In this document: positions 1 through 7,283 of the stretch, one piece after another
Layout: the number at the start of each line of letters is the position of its first letter
Position numbering within the stretch: position 1 is the stretch's first letter
Source of the DNA: Colwellia polaris
GTDB lineage: Archaea; Nanohalarchaeota; Nanosalinia; Nanosalinales; Nanosalinaceae
Assembly (NCBI GenBank): GCA_047617785.1
Contig: JBLGBK010000012.1
Coordinates: forward strand, 1-17,929
DNA length: 17,929 nt
Direction of reading: 5' to 3'
Position numbers and translations under genes: made by a program
The notes under the pieces: generated by a model
What the model was told of the DNA's origin: nothing
Seen by the model: the letters and a program-made list of their open reading frames with translations, nothing else
Database searches by the model: none

Positions 1-7
1 AGGTCTT

Positions 8-82
8 AGCCCCGTCCGGGATTTGAACCCGGGATCTATCCCTTACGAGGGGATCGCTCTAGCCAGACTGAGCCAACGAGGC
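8..82 (-). tRNA. tRNA-Thr (anticodon CGU), intronless, CCA not encoded
   Basis: The reverse complement folds as a cloverleaf: acceptor GCCTCGT/ACGGGGC, D arm GCTC-AGTCTGGCTA-GAGC, anticodon arm ATCCC-CT CGT AA-GGGAT, variable region AGATC, T arm CCGGG-TTCAAAT-CCCGG, discriminator T at position 8. Confidence 0.97.
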
Positions 83-142
83 GTGTTTGTGTAGAGAGTT
101 GTTCTGTAGAGTTTTTTATGTCTGCCAGGGGGTGTTACCTGT

Positions 143-150
143 TTTATATA
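143..150 (+). promoter_or_regulatory. TATA box for the DUF2582 gene
   Basis: TTTATATA lies about 40 nt before ATG 191, with an SD-like AGGTG at 177-181. Confidence 0.55.
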
Positions 151-190
151 CTGTTAGCTGTAATTTTTGTAATATAAGGTGTTAATTTGA

Positions 191-388
191 ATGGATGATA
201 GAATTGGAAATTTAGCAGGTGAGGTTTACCGTTTATTGGATGATGGCGGTGAGCACTCTCTTAATAAGGTCTGTAAAGCTGTAAATGCGCCCCGATCTAA
301 AGTGAATATGGCGATCGGGTGGCTTGCTCGTGAGGATAAGCTTGAGTTTGTGGATAAGCAGAGAGGTACTGCGGTACAGCTCAAGTAA
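191..388 (+). CDS. DUF2582-family winged helix-turn-helix small protein
   Basis: 65 aa with the motifs IG.LAG.VY.LL and MAIGWLAREDKL, typical of DUF2582. Confidence 0.85.
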   Translation: MDDRIGNLAGEVYRLLDDGGEHSLNKVCKAVNAPRSKVNMAIGWLAREDKLEFVDKQRGTAVQLK

Positions 389-423
389 AACTGTTTTATT
401 ATTCTCTTCCCTAATTTATCTGT

Positions 424-1380
424 ATGAGTTCTCTTGATTCCGGTGCAAGAACTATTGTCGAACAGTGTCTAAATATCCAAAAAGATGAATCCGTACTCGT
501 TCTTAACGACGGGAATGATGCCGATTTAATAAACACGCTAACACGTTTTCTGCAACAAAATGATTATGACTATACTTTGAAAGAGTATCCGGAACCAGAG
601 AACCATGGTGAAGAGCCACCTCAAGAAATAGCTGAGGCTATGAAAAACTACGATGTTGTGATCGCACCTACACTCAAATCTCTTTCACATACAGAAGCAC
701 GTATTAAGGCCTGTGAATCAGGTAGCCGCGTGGCAACTCTACCAACTATAACTAAAGAGATCTGGAATACTTCTCTCCAGGCCGATTACAAAGAGGTTGA
801 ACGCATAACTAAGAAAGCATATGAGCTACTGGAAGATACTTCTGAGGTCAGGATCAAAACACCTTCAGGAACCGATCTTACATTGGAGGTGAACATCGAG
901 TTTTTCCACAAGGACACAGGTATTATCCAAGAACCAGGCGACTTCGGCAACCTTCCTGCTGGAGAGGCAGACGGCGGAGTCGTAGACGCGAACGGCATGC
1001 TTGTAACCGATCACTTCCCTTTCGCACCGGCAGGAACCAAGGTCGAAATCAAAGATGCTGAAGCGGTATCGGTCGAACATGTAGATGAGGAAGTATCTGA
1101 ATTAGCCGAAGCATTCGAAGAATACGAAGGCGCAAAAAATGTTGCAGAGTTCGGTTTCGGAACCAATCCTAAAGCAACCCTGATCGGAAACGTTCTTCAG
1201 GATGAGAAAGTGCTTGGAACCATTCATGTCGCGTTTGGAGATAACTCTAGCTACATTCCGGAAGAGCATGAAAGGCGTCAGAGCTGTGAAATACACTGGG
1301 ATACCATCTGTGAATCGCCGACTGTCTGGTTCGATGATCAGAAGGTTCTGGACCAAGGCAAACCAGTTTTCCTCGACTAG
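424..1380 (+). CDS. Aminopeptidase, peptidase M29 / AmpS-like (archaeal leucyl aminopeptidase type)
   Basis: Motifs SLSHT.AR, TPSGTDL, GNLPAGE, AEFGFGTNP, DEKVLGTIHVAFGDN and IHWD. TATA-like TTTTATT about 23 nt upstream. Confidence 0.9.
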   Translation: MSSLDSGARTIVEQCLNIQKDESVLVLNDGNDADLINTLTRFLQQNDYDYTLKEYPEPENHGEEPPQEIAEAMKNYDVVIAPTLKSLSHTEARIKACESGSRVATLPTITKEIWNTSLQADYKEVERITKKAYELLEDTSEVRIKTPSGTDLTLEVNIEFFHKDTGIIQEPGDFGNLPAGEADGGVVDANGMLVTDHFPFAPAGTKVEIKDAEAVSVEHVDEEVSELAEAFEEYEGAKNVAEFGFGTNPKATLIGNVLQDEKVLGTIHVAFGDNSSYIPEEHERRQSCEIHWDTICESPTVWFDDQKVLDQGKPVFLD

Positions 1381-1419
1381 ATTTTAAGTACTGGCTTCAA
1401 CAATCATTGCCTTGTATAG

Positions 1420-3114
1420 ATGGGAATATTCGACTCCTCAAATAAAGTAAAGGAGAATCTTTCAGAAGCCATGAAAGAGACCCAGCAAATCTCTGAGTCT
1501 AAAGTAAAGGCTGAAAGCTCCGAATCAGATAAAGAATGGACGCATATGATGGATGCGATCCGTAATCTCAAGTCCCGTCTTAACCAGGTTAAGAAAAACC
1601 AAGAAAGTATAGAAAATAAAAATGAAAAGCTGGAAGATGAGCTTGATTCTGTTGAAGAGGAGTTGGAAGGCATTGATAGAGATGATGAAACTGTTGAACA
1701 GGTAAAAAGACAGTTAAATGAGGTTCAATCTCAGTTCCGTGAAATGGGAGGTATTGAGAACCTTGTACAGCTAAAAGAAGATACTGAAAGCGTTCTTGAA
1801 GAAGTTGAAGAAATGGATCATGAAGTTGAAGTCGAAGCTGATAGAGTAGAAGATATCTACCAGGAGCTTCAGGAGAAAGAAGAAGCTATCGATCAAGTTG
1901 TTCAGGACCAGGAAGAGCTACGCGAGGACTTTAGCCAGCTACTTGACCGGTTTGATGACTTATCAATGGAGTATAGCGAACTTCCATCATCTGAAGAGTT
2001 CAGCAACGTAATGAATCAGCTTAAGTCGCAAAAAAAGGTTATAGAATCTGTTGTACCAGCTCTGGAATCGGCTTTCGACGATATTGAAGATATTGAAGAA
2101 AAATCCATAGTTACACTCGAGGATCTCGGCCAGCTTGAAGATCGTATTGAGAGCAAGAAGGTCGATAAAGAACAGTTTGAACAGCTGGAAAAAGAGGTTT
2201 CCGTAGTAGAAGATACTACTTCTGAAAATGATAATAAGATCAAATCTTTGAACGAGAAGATTTCTCGTATAAACAATAAGACCCAGCAGATTGAGGAATT
2301 GAGAGAAGATATCACCGAGCTTGAAGACGAGGTTAACGATAATATAGAAGATCTTAGAGAGGAAAGACAGGAAGATATTGATGGTCTGCGCAGCGACTTT
2401 GACACGCTTCTAGAGGATTACCCCGATAGAGAAGAAGTACACGATCTCGAAGAAGATATTCATTTTGTTGTTGAAGAGCAAAAGGAGCTTGAATCAGAGC
2501 TCTCTGACTCTCTGAAGGATTTGGAGAAAAAGGTTCATAACCTGGCTATTGAGGAGAAAGTTGATCGGTCTCAGTTCAAACAGCGTATACAGGAAATTAG
2601 AGGAGATCAACTGGTCGAAATCGGTCAATTACGTAAAGAACTGAATAAGATTGAGTTAGATGAAAAGATAGATAAGTCCGAGCTGGAGGAAGAGATGACA
2701 GATCTCAAACAGGAGATTGAAGTACAGCTCCGCTTATCTGAGAATGAGTTACGTGAACGACATGCAACCAAATCAGAGCTTCAGGGCCTATGGGATGCGA
2801 TAGATGTAGTTGAGGAAAAAATAAAGACAGAGAGGGCTGCTGGCGAAGAAAATTCTCGCGCTGTTGAACAGGTTAGAGAGGACCTTGAAAGCTTTGAGGA
2901 AGGTGTTGACTCAAGACTATCTCATAAAGCCGAACGCAATCAGATTCAAAATGTTAAGAACAATCTTGCCAGCTTAGAGAGCAGAGTAAATCAGCTGGAG
3001 GATAGGCATGACGAAGAGTTTGTAACAGAGTCCGAGTTCCATAGCTTCAAGGAGAAGGTCGAACAGATATCCGATCTGCTTCTGAAGGTTACCAAGAAAG
3101 TGACTTCTAAGTAA
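1420..3114 (+). CDS. Long acidic coiled-coil protein of unknown function
   Basis: 564 aa, E/D/K/L/Q-rich heptad pattern throughout and very few Pro. No Walker motifs and no transmembrane helix seen. Confidence 0.85.
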   Translation: MGIFDSSNKVKENLSEAMKETQQISESKVKAESSESDKEWTHMMDAIRNLKSRLNQVKKNQESIENKNEKLEDELDSVEEELEGIDRDDETVEQVKRQLNEVQSQFREMGGIENLVQLKEDTESVLEEVEEMDHEVEVEADRVEDIYQELQEKEEAIDQVVQDQEELREDFSQLLDRFDDLSMEYSELPSSEEFSNVMNQLKSQKKVIESVVPALESAFDDIEDIEEKSIVTLEDLGQLEDRIESKKVDKEQFEQLEKEVSVVEDTTSENDNKIKSLNEKISRINNKTQQIEELREDITELEDEVNDNIEDLREERQEDIDGLRSDFDTLLEDYPDREEVHDLEEDIHFVVEEQKELESELSDSLKDLEKKVHNLAIEEKVDRSQFKQRIQEIRGDQLVEIGQLRKELNKIELDEKIDKSELEEEMTDLKQEIEVQLRLSENELRERHATKSELQGLWDAIDVVEEKIKTERAAGEENSRAVEQVREDLESFEEGVDSRLSHKAERNQIQNVKNNLASLESRVNQLEDRHDEEFVTESEFHSFKEKVEQISDLLLKVTKKVTSK

Positions 3115-3118
3115 GAAG

Positions 3119-3126
3119 TTTTAAAA
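3119..3126 (+). promoter_or_regulatory. TATA box for the leader ORF / DUF5794-like transcript
   Basis: TTTTAAAA ends 24 nt before ATG 3151, the same spacing seen at other apparently leaderless genes in this window. Confidence 0.55.
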
Positions 3127-3150
3127 TATTGGATCTGTATTAACAGTTCT

Positions 3151-3261
3151 ATGCGCGGAAAAGTACATTCAGGAAATGTTTCTGTATCAACCGGTGCTAT
3201 GCCGTGCATGAATTTCTCTAAGTCCAAGTTTAATTTTGCTAATATCTTTACCTGGAAGTAA
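3151..3261 (+). CDS. Putative leader peptide (36 aa uORF): MRGKVHSGNVSVSTGAMPCMNFSKSKFNFANIFTWK
   Basis: ATG sits at leaderless distance from a TATA box, and the frame is open to TAA 3259-3261. The ORF is below the ORF-track size cutoff. Translation is not proven. Confidence 0.45.
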   Translation: MRGKVHSGNVSVSTGAMPCMNFSKSKFNFANIFTWK

Positions 3262-3332
3262 GTTATCTCTTTCCAGGACGCCTTGACCATTAAAATCGGT
3301 CTCTCTACGTATTTCTCCTTTCAAGGTGTTCC
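3251..3332 (+). promoter_or_regulatory. Structured 5' leader: stop-codon hairpin and anti-Shine-Dalgarno helix
   Basis: CCTGGAA (3251-3257) pairs with TTCCAGG (3271-3277). GGACGCCTTGA (3276-3286) pairs with TCAAGGTGTTC (3321-3331) over 11 bp with 2 G-U pairs, covering SD AGGTG 3324-3328. Confidence 0.5.
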
Positions 3333-3335
3333 AAA

Positions 3336-4034
3336 ATAGATATTCTACCTGACTCTGGCGCCCAACGGCTTCTGTTCGTCCTCGCACTACCGTTGCTAGA
3401 TGGTGTGTTCGCCACCTTGCTTGTGACTGGGGCAGTACAGACATTCTCCGAGATCCTTACAGTAGCATTAACTATATTTACAGGAGCTGGAGCGCTAGCT
3501 ATACTTTATTCTGAATCAGGAAGCAGAGAGGAGGCGCAGAAAATGGTTAAACAGGTGGCTCCTTATCTTGTATCAGGAGCATTAATTGTGGCGTTAGTAG
3601 CGCCGGTATTCGAACAAATCTTCTATCTATCACGGCTTCGGTACGCTGCAGCAATTGCAGTATTGGTTATAGCCCTGAAAATATCAGAAGTAGATATAGC
3701 AGAGAAATTCACAGTTCCAAGCATCATAGTTACAGGAATGGCTCTTTCCTTGAAGCAGCCAGCCTCTATAGCCATAACCTCGGGTTATGTTGCTCCAGCT
3801 CTACTAACTGTGGCTACAGCGCTGCTTGTACTATACGCAGCAACCTACCTTGATCCGGAAAGACTCAACTTGGATATTATACGGGGTGCGGGAACATTGG
3901 TTCTTATATTGGTTAGTTTATCTCTCCTAGGGTTGAACATACCTTCGCATCTAAGTTTGGCGGTTCTTTCTACGGCCGTGGCTGCTGCGTCAAGACCTGA
4001 AGTTCAGAACTGGGCGCTTCTTACCTCGAAATAA
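3336..4034 (+). CDS. DUF5794-like multi-pass membrane protein (haloarchaeal family), probable ATA start
   Basis: Hydrophobic multi-TM protein. GAQRLLFVLALPLLDGVF resembles the haloarchaeal DUF5794 N-terminus as I recall it (GATKLLATVM.LPLVDGIF), so the similarity extends upstream of the track's TTG 3393. There is an in-frame stop at 3291-3293 and no ATG or GTG before 3393. ATA 3336 lies 7 nt after AGGTG. Confidence 0.7.
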   Translation: MDILPDSGAQRLLFVLALPLLDGVFATLLVTGAVQTFSEILTVALTIFTGAGALAILYSESGSREEAQKMVKQVAPYLVSGALIVALVAPVFEQIFYLSRLRYAAAIAVLVIALKISEVDIAEKFTVPSIIVTGMALSLKQPASIAITSGYVAPALLTVATALLVLYAATYLDPERLNLDIIRGAGTLVLILVSLSLLGLNIPSHLSLAVLSTAVAAASRPEVQNWALLTSK

Positions 4035-4399
4035 GTGTCAGAGCTGTTCATAAGCTTTGCAACCAATCTTTCTCTTAGAGGTCTGAAGACAAGTGCTATT
4101 CCTGCTAGATCTGTTATCAACCCGGGAGTAAGTAGGAAGATTCCGGCAAATACAATCATAGCGCCTTCAACCATGTTACGTGATGCTTCTCCCGCAGTCA
4201 CTGACTGCTGTAGTTTCATCAGTATATGGATGCCTTCTCTTCGGATCAGATGAGCTCCTATTATACCTGTTAGTAGTATTACGCCTATTGTCTGTACAAA
4301 TCCAATGCTTTCTGCCACTACAAACAGCAGGTAGAAATCTATGAACGGCAATGCAAGCAGCAGAACTAGCAAATATCCTATCATTTTTCTCCCGTACAC
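4004..4399 (-). CDS. fxsA: FxsA-family membrane protein
   Basis: Motifs LP.ID.YLL..V...IG...T...ILLTG.IG..L.RREG and AGIFLLTPGLITDLAG. Start is GTG 4399 or ATG 4384. The 3' end overlaps the DUF5794-like gene by 31 nt. Confidence 0.9.
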   Translation of the reverse strand: MYGRKMIGYLLVLLLALPFIDFYLLFVVAESIGFVQTIGVILLTGIIGAHLIRREGIHILMKLQQSVTAGEASRNMVEGAMIVFAGIFLLTPGLITDLAGIALVFRPLRERLVAKLMNSSDTYFEVRSAQF

Positions 4400-4419
4400 A
4401 TTATTGACGTAGGTTAGCG

Positions 4420-4426
4420 TTTAAAA
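4420..4426. promoter_or_regulatory. Probable shared bidirectional TATA box (fxsA / peptidase operon)
   Basis: TTTAAAA lies 20 nt from GTG 4399 (minus strand) and 22 nt from ATG 4449 (plus strand), in a 49 nt gap. Confidence 0.55.
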
Positions 4427-4448
4427 TCTGAGTGCCGCTTCTATATAC

Positions 4449-5489
4449 ATGAAACAACTTCTGAAAAAACTGGTTAACACCTCCGGAGTATCGGGAAACG
4501 AACACCGAATTAGAGAAACAATCCGAAAAGAAATAGCGGACCATGCTGATGAGATTGAAGAAGACAACATGGGCAATCTCATCGCACGAAAGAACCCGGA
4601 AGCAGATAAAACACTTCTTCTCGATGCTCACATGGACCAAATCGGTCTAGCAGTTAGAAGAATCGATGAAGAAGGATTTCTACGTATATCAAGCGTAGGA
4701 GGGATATATCCTGTAAGTGTGGCGAATCAGAGAGTGAATATTCACACGTCGGAAGGCGAAGATATCAAGGGGGTTATCGGTATGAGGCCGGCCCACGTCG
4801 TACAAGGAGAGAACCAAGGCTTGCCAGATATGAACAAGATATTTGTTGACATCGGGGCAGAAGACAAACAGGACGTACTTGATAAAGGAATTAGAGTAGG
4901 CGATTACATAAGCTATGACACTGGTTTTGAAGAACTTGCAAATGACTATGTAACAGGCCCTGCGCTTGACAACCGCGTAGGATGTACATTGCTTATAGAT
5001 GCATTCAAGAATTTCGATGAGAGCTATGAAATGATTGCTCTATTCTCTTCACAGGAAGAAATAGGTGGTAAAGGTGTAAAAACCTCTGTATTTGGTCTTG
5101 AACCTGATGTAGCAGTTTCACTTGAGGTTTCGCAGGCTGGAGACGTACCTCACATCGATGTAGATGAATCAGATGAGTACACAGGTCAAGGGTTCGGTAT
5201 AACTATGATTGAAGAAGGAGGCCGTGCAATAACAGTTCCGGAACCTGTTAGGAACTGGCTGATAGATACAGCAGAAGAAAAAGATTATAATTACAAAAGG
5301 AAGCTGTACGATAGAGGTAAGACAAATGCAGCACAGATAAGATTTCTGAAAGAGGGTATTCCAGCAGGAGTGGTCGTTATTCCGACAAGGCATATTCACT
5401 CGCCGGTTGAAACAGTAAAGATGTCGGATATAGAAAAGACAACGGAGTATGTGTCAGATATTTTCGATACATTTCCGCAGTATTTCTAG
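4449..5489 (+). CDS. M42-family (TET/FrvX-like) metallo-aminopeptidase
   Basis: Motifs GVSGNE, DNMGNL, DAHMDQIG, ALDNRVG, QEEIG and HIHSPVE. Confidence 0.93.
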   Translation: MKQLLKKLVNTSGVSGNEHRIRETIRKEIADHADEIEEDNMGNLIARKNPEADKTLLLDAHMDQIGLAVRRIDEEGFLRISSVGGIYPVSVANQRVNIHTSEGEDIKGVIGMRPAHVVQGENQGLPDMNKIFVDIGAEDKQDVLDKGIRVGDYISYDTGFEELANDYVTGPALDNRVGCTLLIDAFKNFDESYEMIALFSSQEEIGGKGVKTSVFGLEPDVAVSLEVSQAGDVPHIDVDESDEYTGQGFGITMIEEGGRAITVPEPVRNWLIDTAEEKDYNYKRKLYDRGKTNAAQIRFLKEGIPAGVVVIPTRHIHSPVETVKMSDIEKTTEYVSDIFDTFPQYF

Positions 5490-5501
5490 GAGGTTTTCAG
5501 A

Positions 5502-7268
5502 ATGGTAAAAGAACGAGAAGAAATAGAACAGCAGTACAAATGGGATTTAACGGAAATCTTCGAAAGCGAGGAAGAGTGGAGGGAGAAACGCAGCCAGGTT
5601 GAAGAAGAACTCGATGAGATAGAAGAGTACAAAGGCCAACTAACAAACTCGGCGCAAACTCTGCTCAACGGGTTAAAGGCAAAAGACAACCTGATGCGCG
5701 ATATTTCCAATCTAGCAGCATATGCGAGGATGAAGACGCATGAGGACATGAGCGATCAGAAGGCACAGGAGTTGAAGTCAAAGGCCGACTCGCTTCAGAG
5801 CCAGGCTGCTTCAAAAGTTGGTTTCTACCAGCCAGAGATCAAGAAACTATCCAGAGAACAGTTTGAAAGTTATATAGAAGAGGAAGAAGAGCTTGAAGAG
5901 TACAGACACTACATCCGGAACATTCTGCGCCTTCATAACCATATTCTTGATACTGAAACCGAGTCGATGCTGAATGATCTTGGAGAAATTCTTTCTACAC
6001 CTCAAGAAACCTATTCAATGCTTACTAACGCAGATCTAACCTTTCCGACTGTTGAAAGAGAGGGTGAGGAGGTACAGATCACTAATGCTAACTTCACGAA
6101 GCTGTTGAAGGATGAAGACAGAGATTTCAGGAAAGAAGTGTATAATGGTTTCTATGAGCGTATAGGCCAGTTTAGGAACAGTATTACTACGATGCTAGAT
6201 AAGGAAATCCGGAAGAATGTGAAGATGTCGCGTATCAGGAACTACGATACAGCCCGGAAAGCATCTCTCAAGCAGGATAACATTCCTATATCAGTCTACG
6301 ATAATCTCGTGGATACGGTTGAAGACAATCTTGATGTTCTACACAGACATCTTGAGCTTAAGAAACAGGTTCAGGATCTTGATGAACTGGAGATGCATGA
6401 CATATACATGCCGATAACCGAAAAAGAGCAACCAGAAATCGAATATGAGGAAGCAAAACAGCATGTTCTGGAAGCATTACAGCCTCTGGGCGAAGAATAT
6501 GTGGATAAGGCGGAAGAATTCCTCGAAAATCGGTGGATAGATGTTTACGAGAACAAAGGTAAGCGAAGCGGAGCGTACAGCGGAGGAACATATGATACGC
6601 CATCATACATCCTGCTGAACTATCAGGAAGATGTGAATTCAATGTACACTCTTGCGCACGAGCTTGGCCACTCTCTTCACTCTGAACTTGCAAATCAAGA
6701 GCAGGGTTACTTGGATAGTCAGTACAAGATCTTCGTTGCGGAAATTGCAAGCACGTTGAACGAAATTCTACTTACACGTCATCTGCTAGAGAAAGGTAAG
6801 TATAAGGAGCATGCGCTTGACTACGTTCTAGAGGGTTTCCGGAACACACTTTTCCGGCAAACGCTGTTTGCAGACTTTGAAAGACAGACTCATGAACGTG
6901 TTGAGAACGGCGATCCATTAACTGCGGATATACTCGGCGAGATGTATGGTGAGAAGAAGAAGGAATATTACAAACCGGTTCAGATGGACGAGGAAATTAA
7001 GAAGGAATGGATGCGCATACCGCATTTCTACTATGATTTCTATGTCTTCCAGTACTCTACAGGTTTGTCGGCCGCGCACGCAATAATCGATGAAGTGATT
7101 GAAGAAGGCAACGCCGAAGACTATCTGGATATGCTTAGAAAAGGAGGCAGTGATTATCCTTTAGAAGTGCTTGAAGATCTAGGGGTCGATATGCGCAAAC
7201 CTGAGGCAGTAGAGAAGGCTATTGAAAGATATGAGAGACGTGTAGAAGCTATGGAAGAAGCAATTTAG
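5502..7268 (+). CDS. pepF: Oligoendopeptidase F (peptidase M3B)
   Basis: Motifs YKWDL, RWIDVYENKGKRSGAYS, TLAHELGHSLH, FVAEIAST and WMRIPHFY. SD GGAGG at 5489-5493. Confidence 0.95.
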   Translation: MVKEREEIEQQYKWDLTEIFESEEEWREKRSQVEEELDEIEEYKGQLTNSAQTLLNGLKAKDNLMRDISNLAAYARMKTHEDMSDQKAQELKSKADSLQSQAASKVGFYQPEIKKLSREQFESYIEEEEELEEYRHYIRNILRLHNHILDTETESMLNDLGEILSTPQETYSMLTNADLTFPTVEREGEEVQITNANFTKLLKDEDRDFRKEVYNGFYERIGQFRNSITTMLDKEIRKNVKMSRIRNYDTARKASLKQDNIPISVYDNLVDTVEDNLDVLHRHLELKKQVQDLDELEMHDIYMPITEKEQPEIEYEEAKQHVLEALQPLGEEYVDKAEEFLENRWIDVYENKGKRSGAYSGGTYDTPSYILLNYQEDVNSMYTLAHELGHSLHSELANQEQGYLDSQYKIFVAEIASTLNEILLTRHLLEKGKYKEHALDYVLEGFRNTLFRQTLFADFERQTHERVENGDPLTADILGEMYGEKKKEYYKPVQMDEEIKKEWMRIPHFYYDFYVFQYSTGLSAAHAIIDEVIEEGNAEDYLDMLRKGGSDYPLEVLEDLGVDMRKPEAVEKAIERYERRVEAMEEAI

Positions 7269-7283
7269 AGGTGTAAAATTATT

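Noticed and set aside
8-400. tRNA-Thr as the attachment site of an integrated element
   Set aside because: No integrase and no duplicate of the tRNA 3' end in the window. The tRNA 3' side points out of the window, so this cannot be assessed.
1404-2405. Ser/Leu/Phe-rich antisense ORFs (1404-1673, 2016-2405, and similar ones opposite rpa, radA and the CoA fusion)
   Set aside because: These are shadows of GAA/GAG/GAT-rich acidic genes on the other strand, with no independent coding signal.
1420-3114. Coiled-coil protein as SMC/Rad50/Sph ATPase
   Set aside because: No Walker A/B, signature motif, hinge or CxxC hook.
2991-3444. Minus-strand ORFs 2991-3290 and 3187-3444 as real genes
   Set aside because: They overlap the coiled-coil and DUF5794-like genes and show no motif. 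The plus-strand TATA-uORF-SD layout explains the region better.
4004-4034. 31 nt convergent overlap of the DUF5794-like gene and fxsA as antisense regulation
   Set aside because: Short tail-to-tail overlaps are common in streamlined genomes, and nothing else supports a regulatory role.
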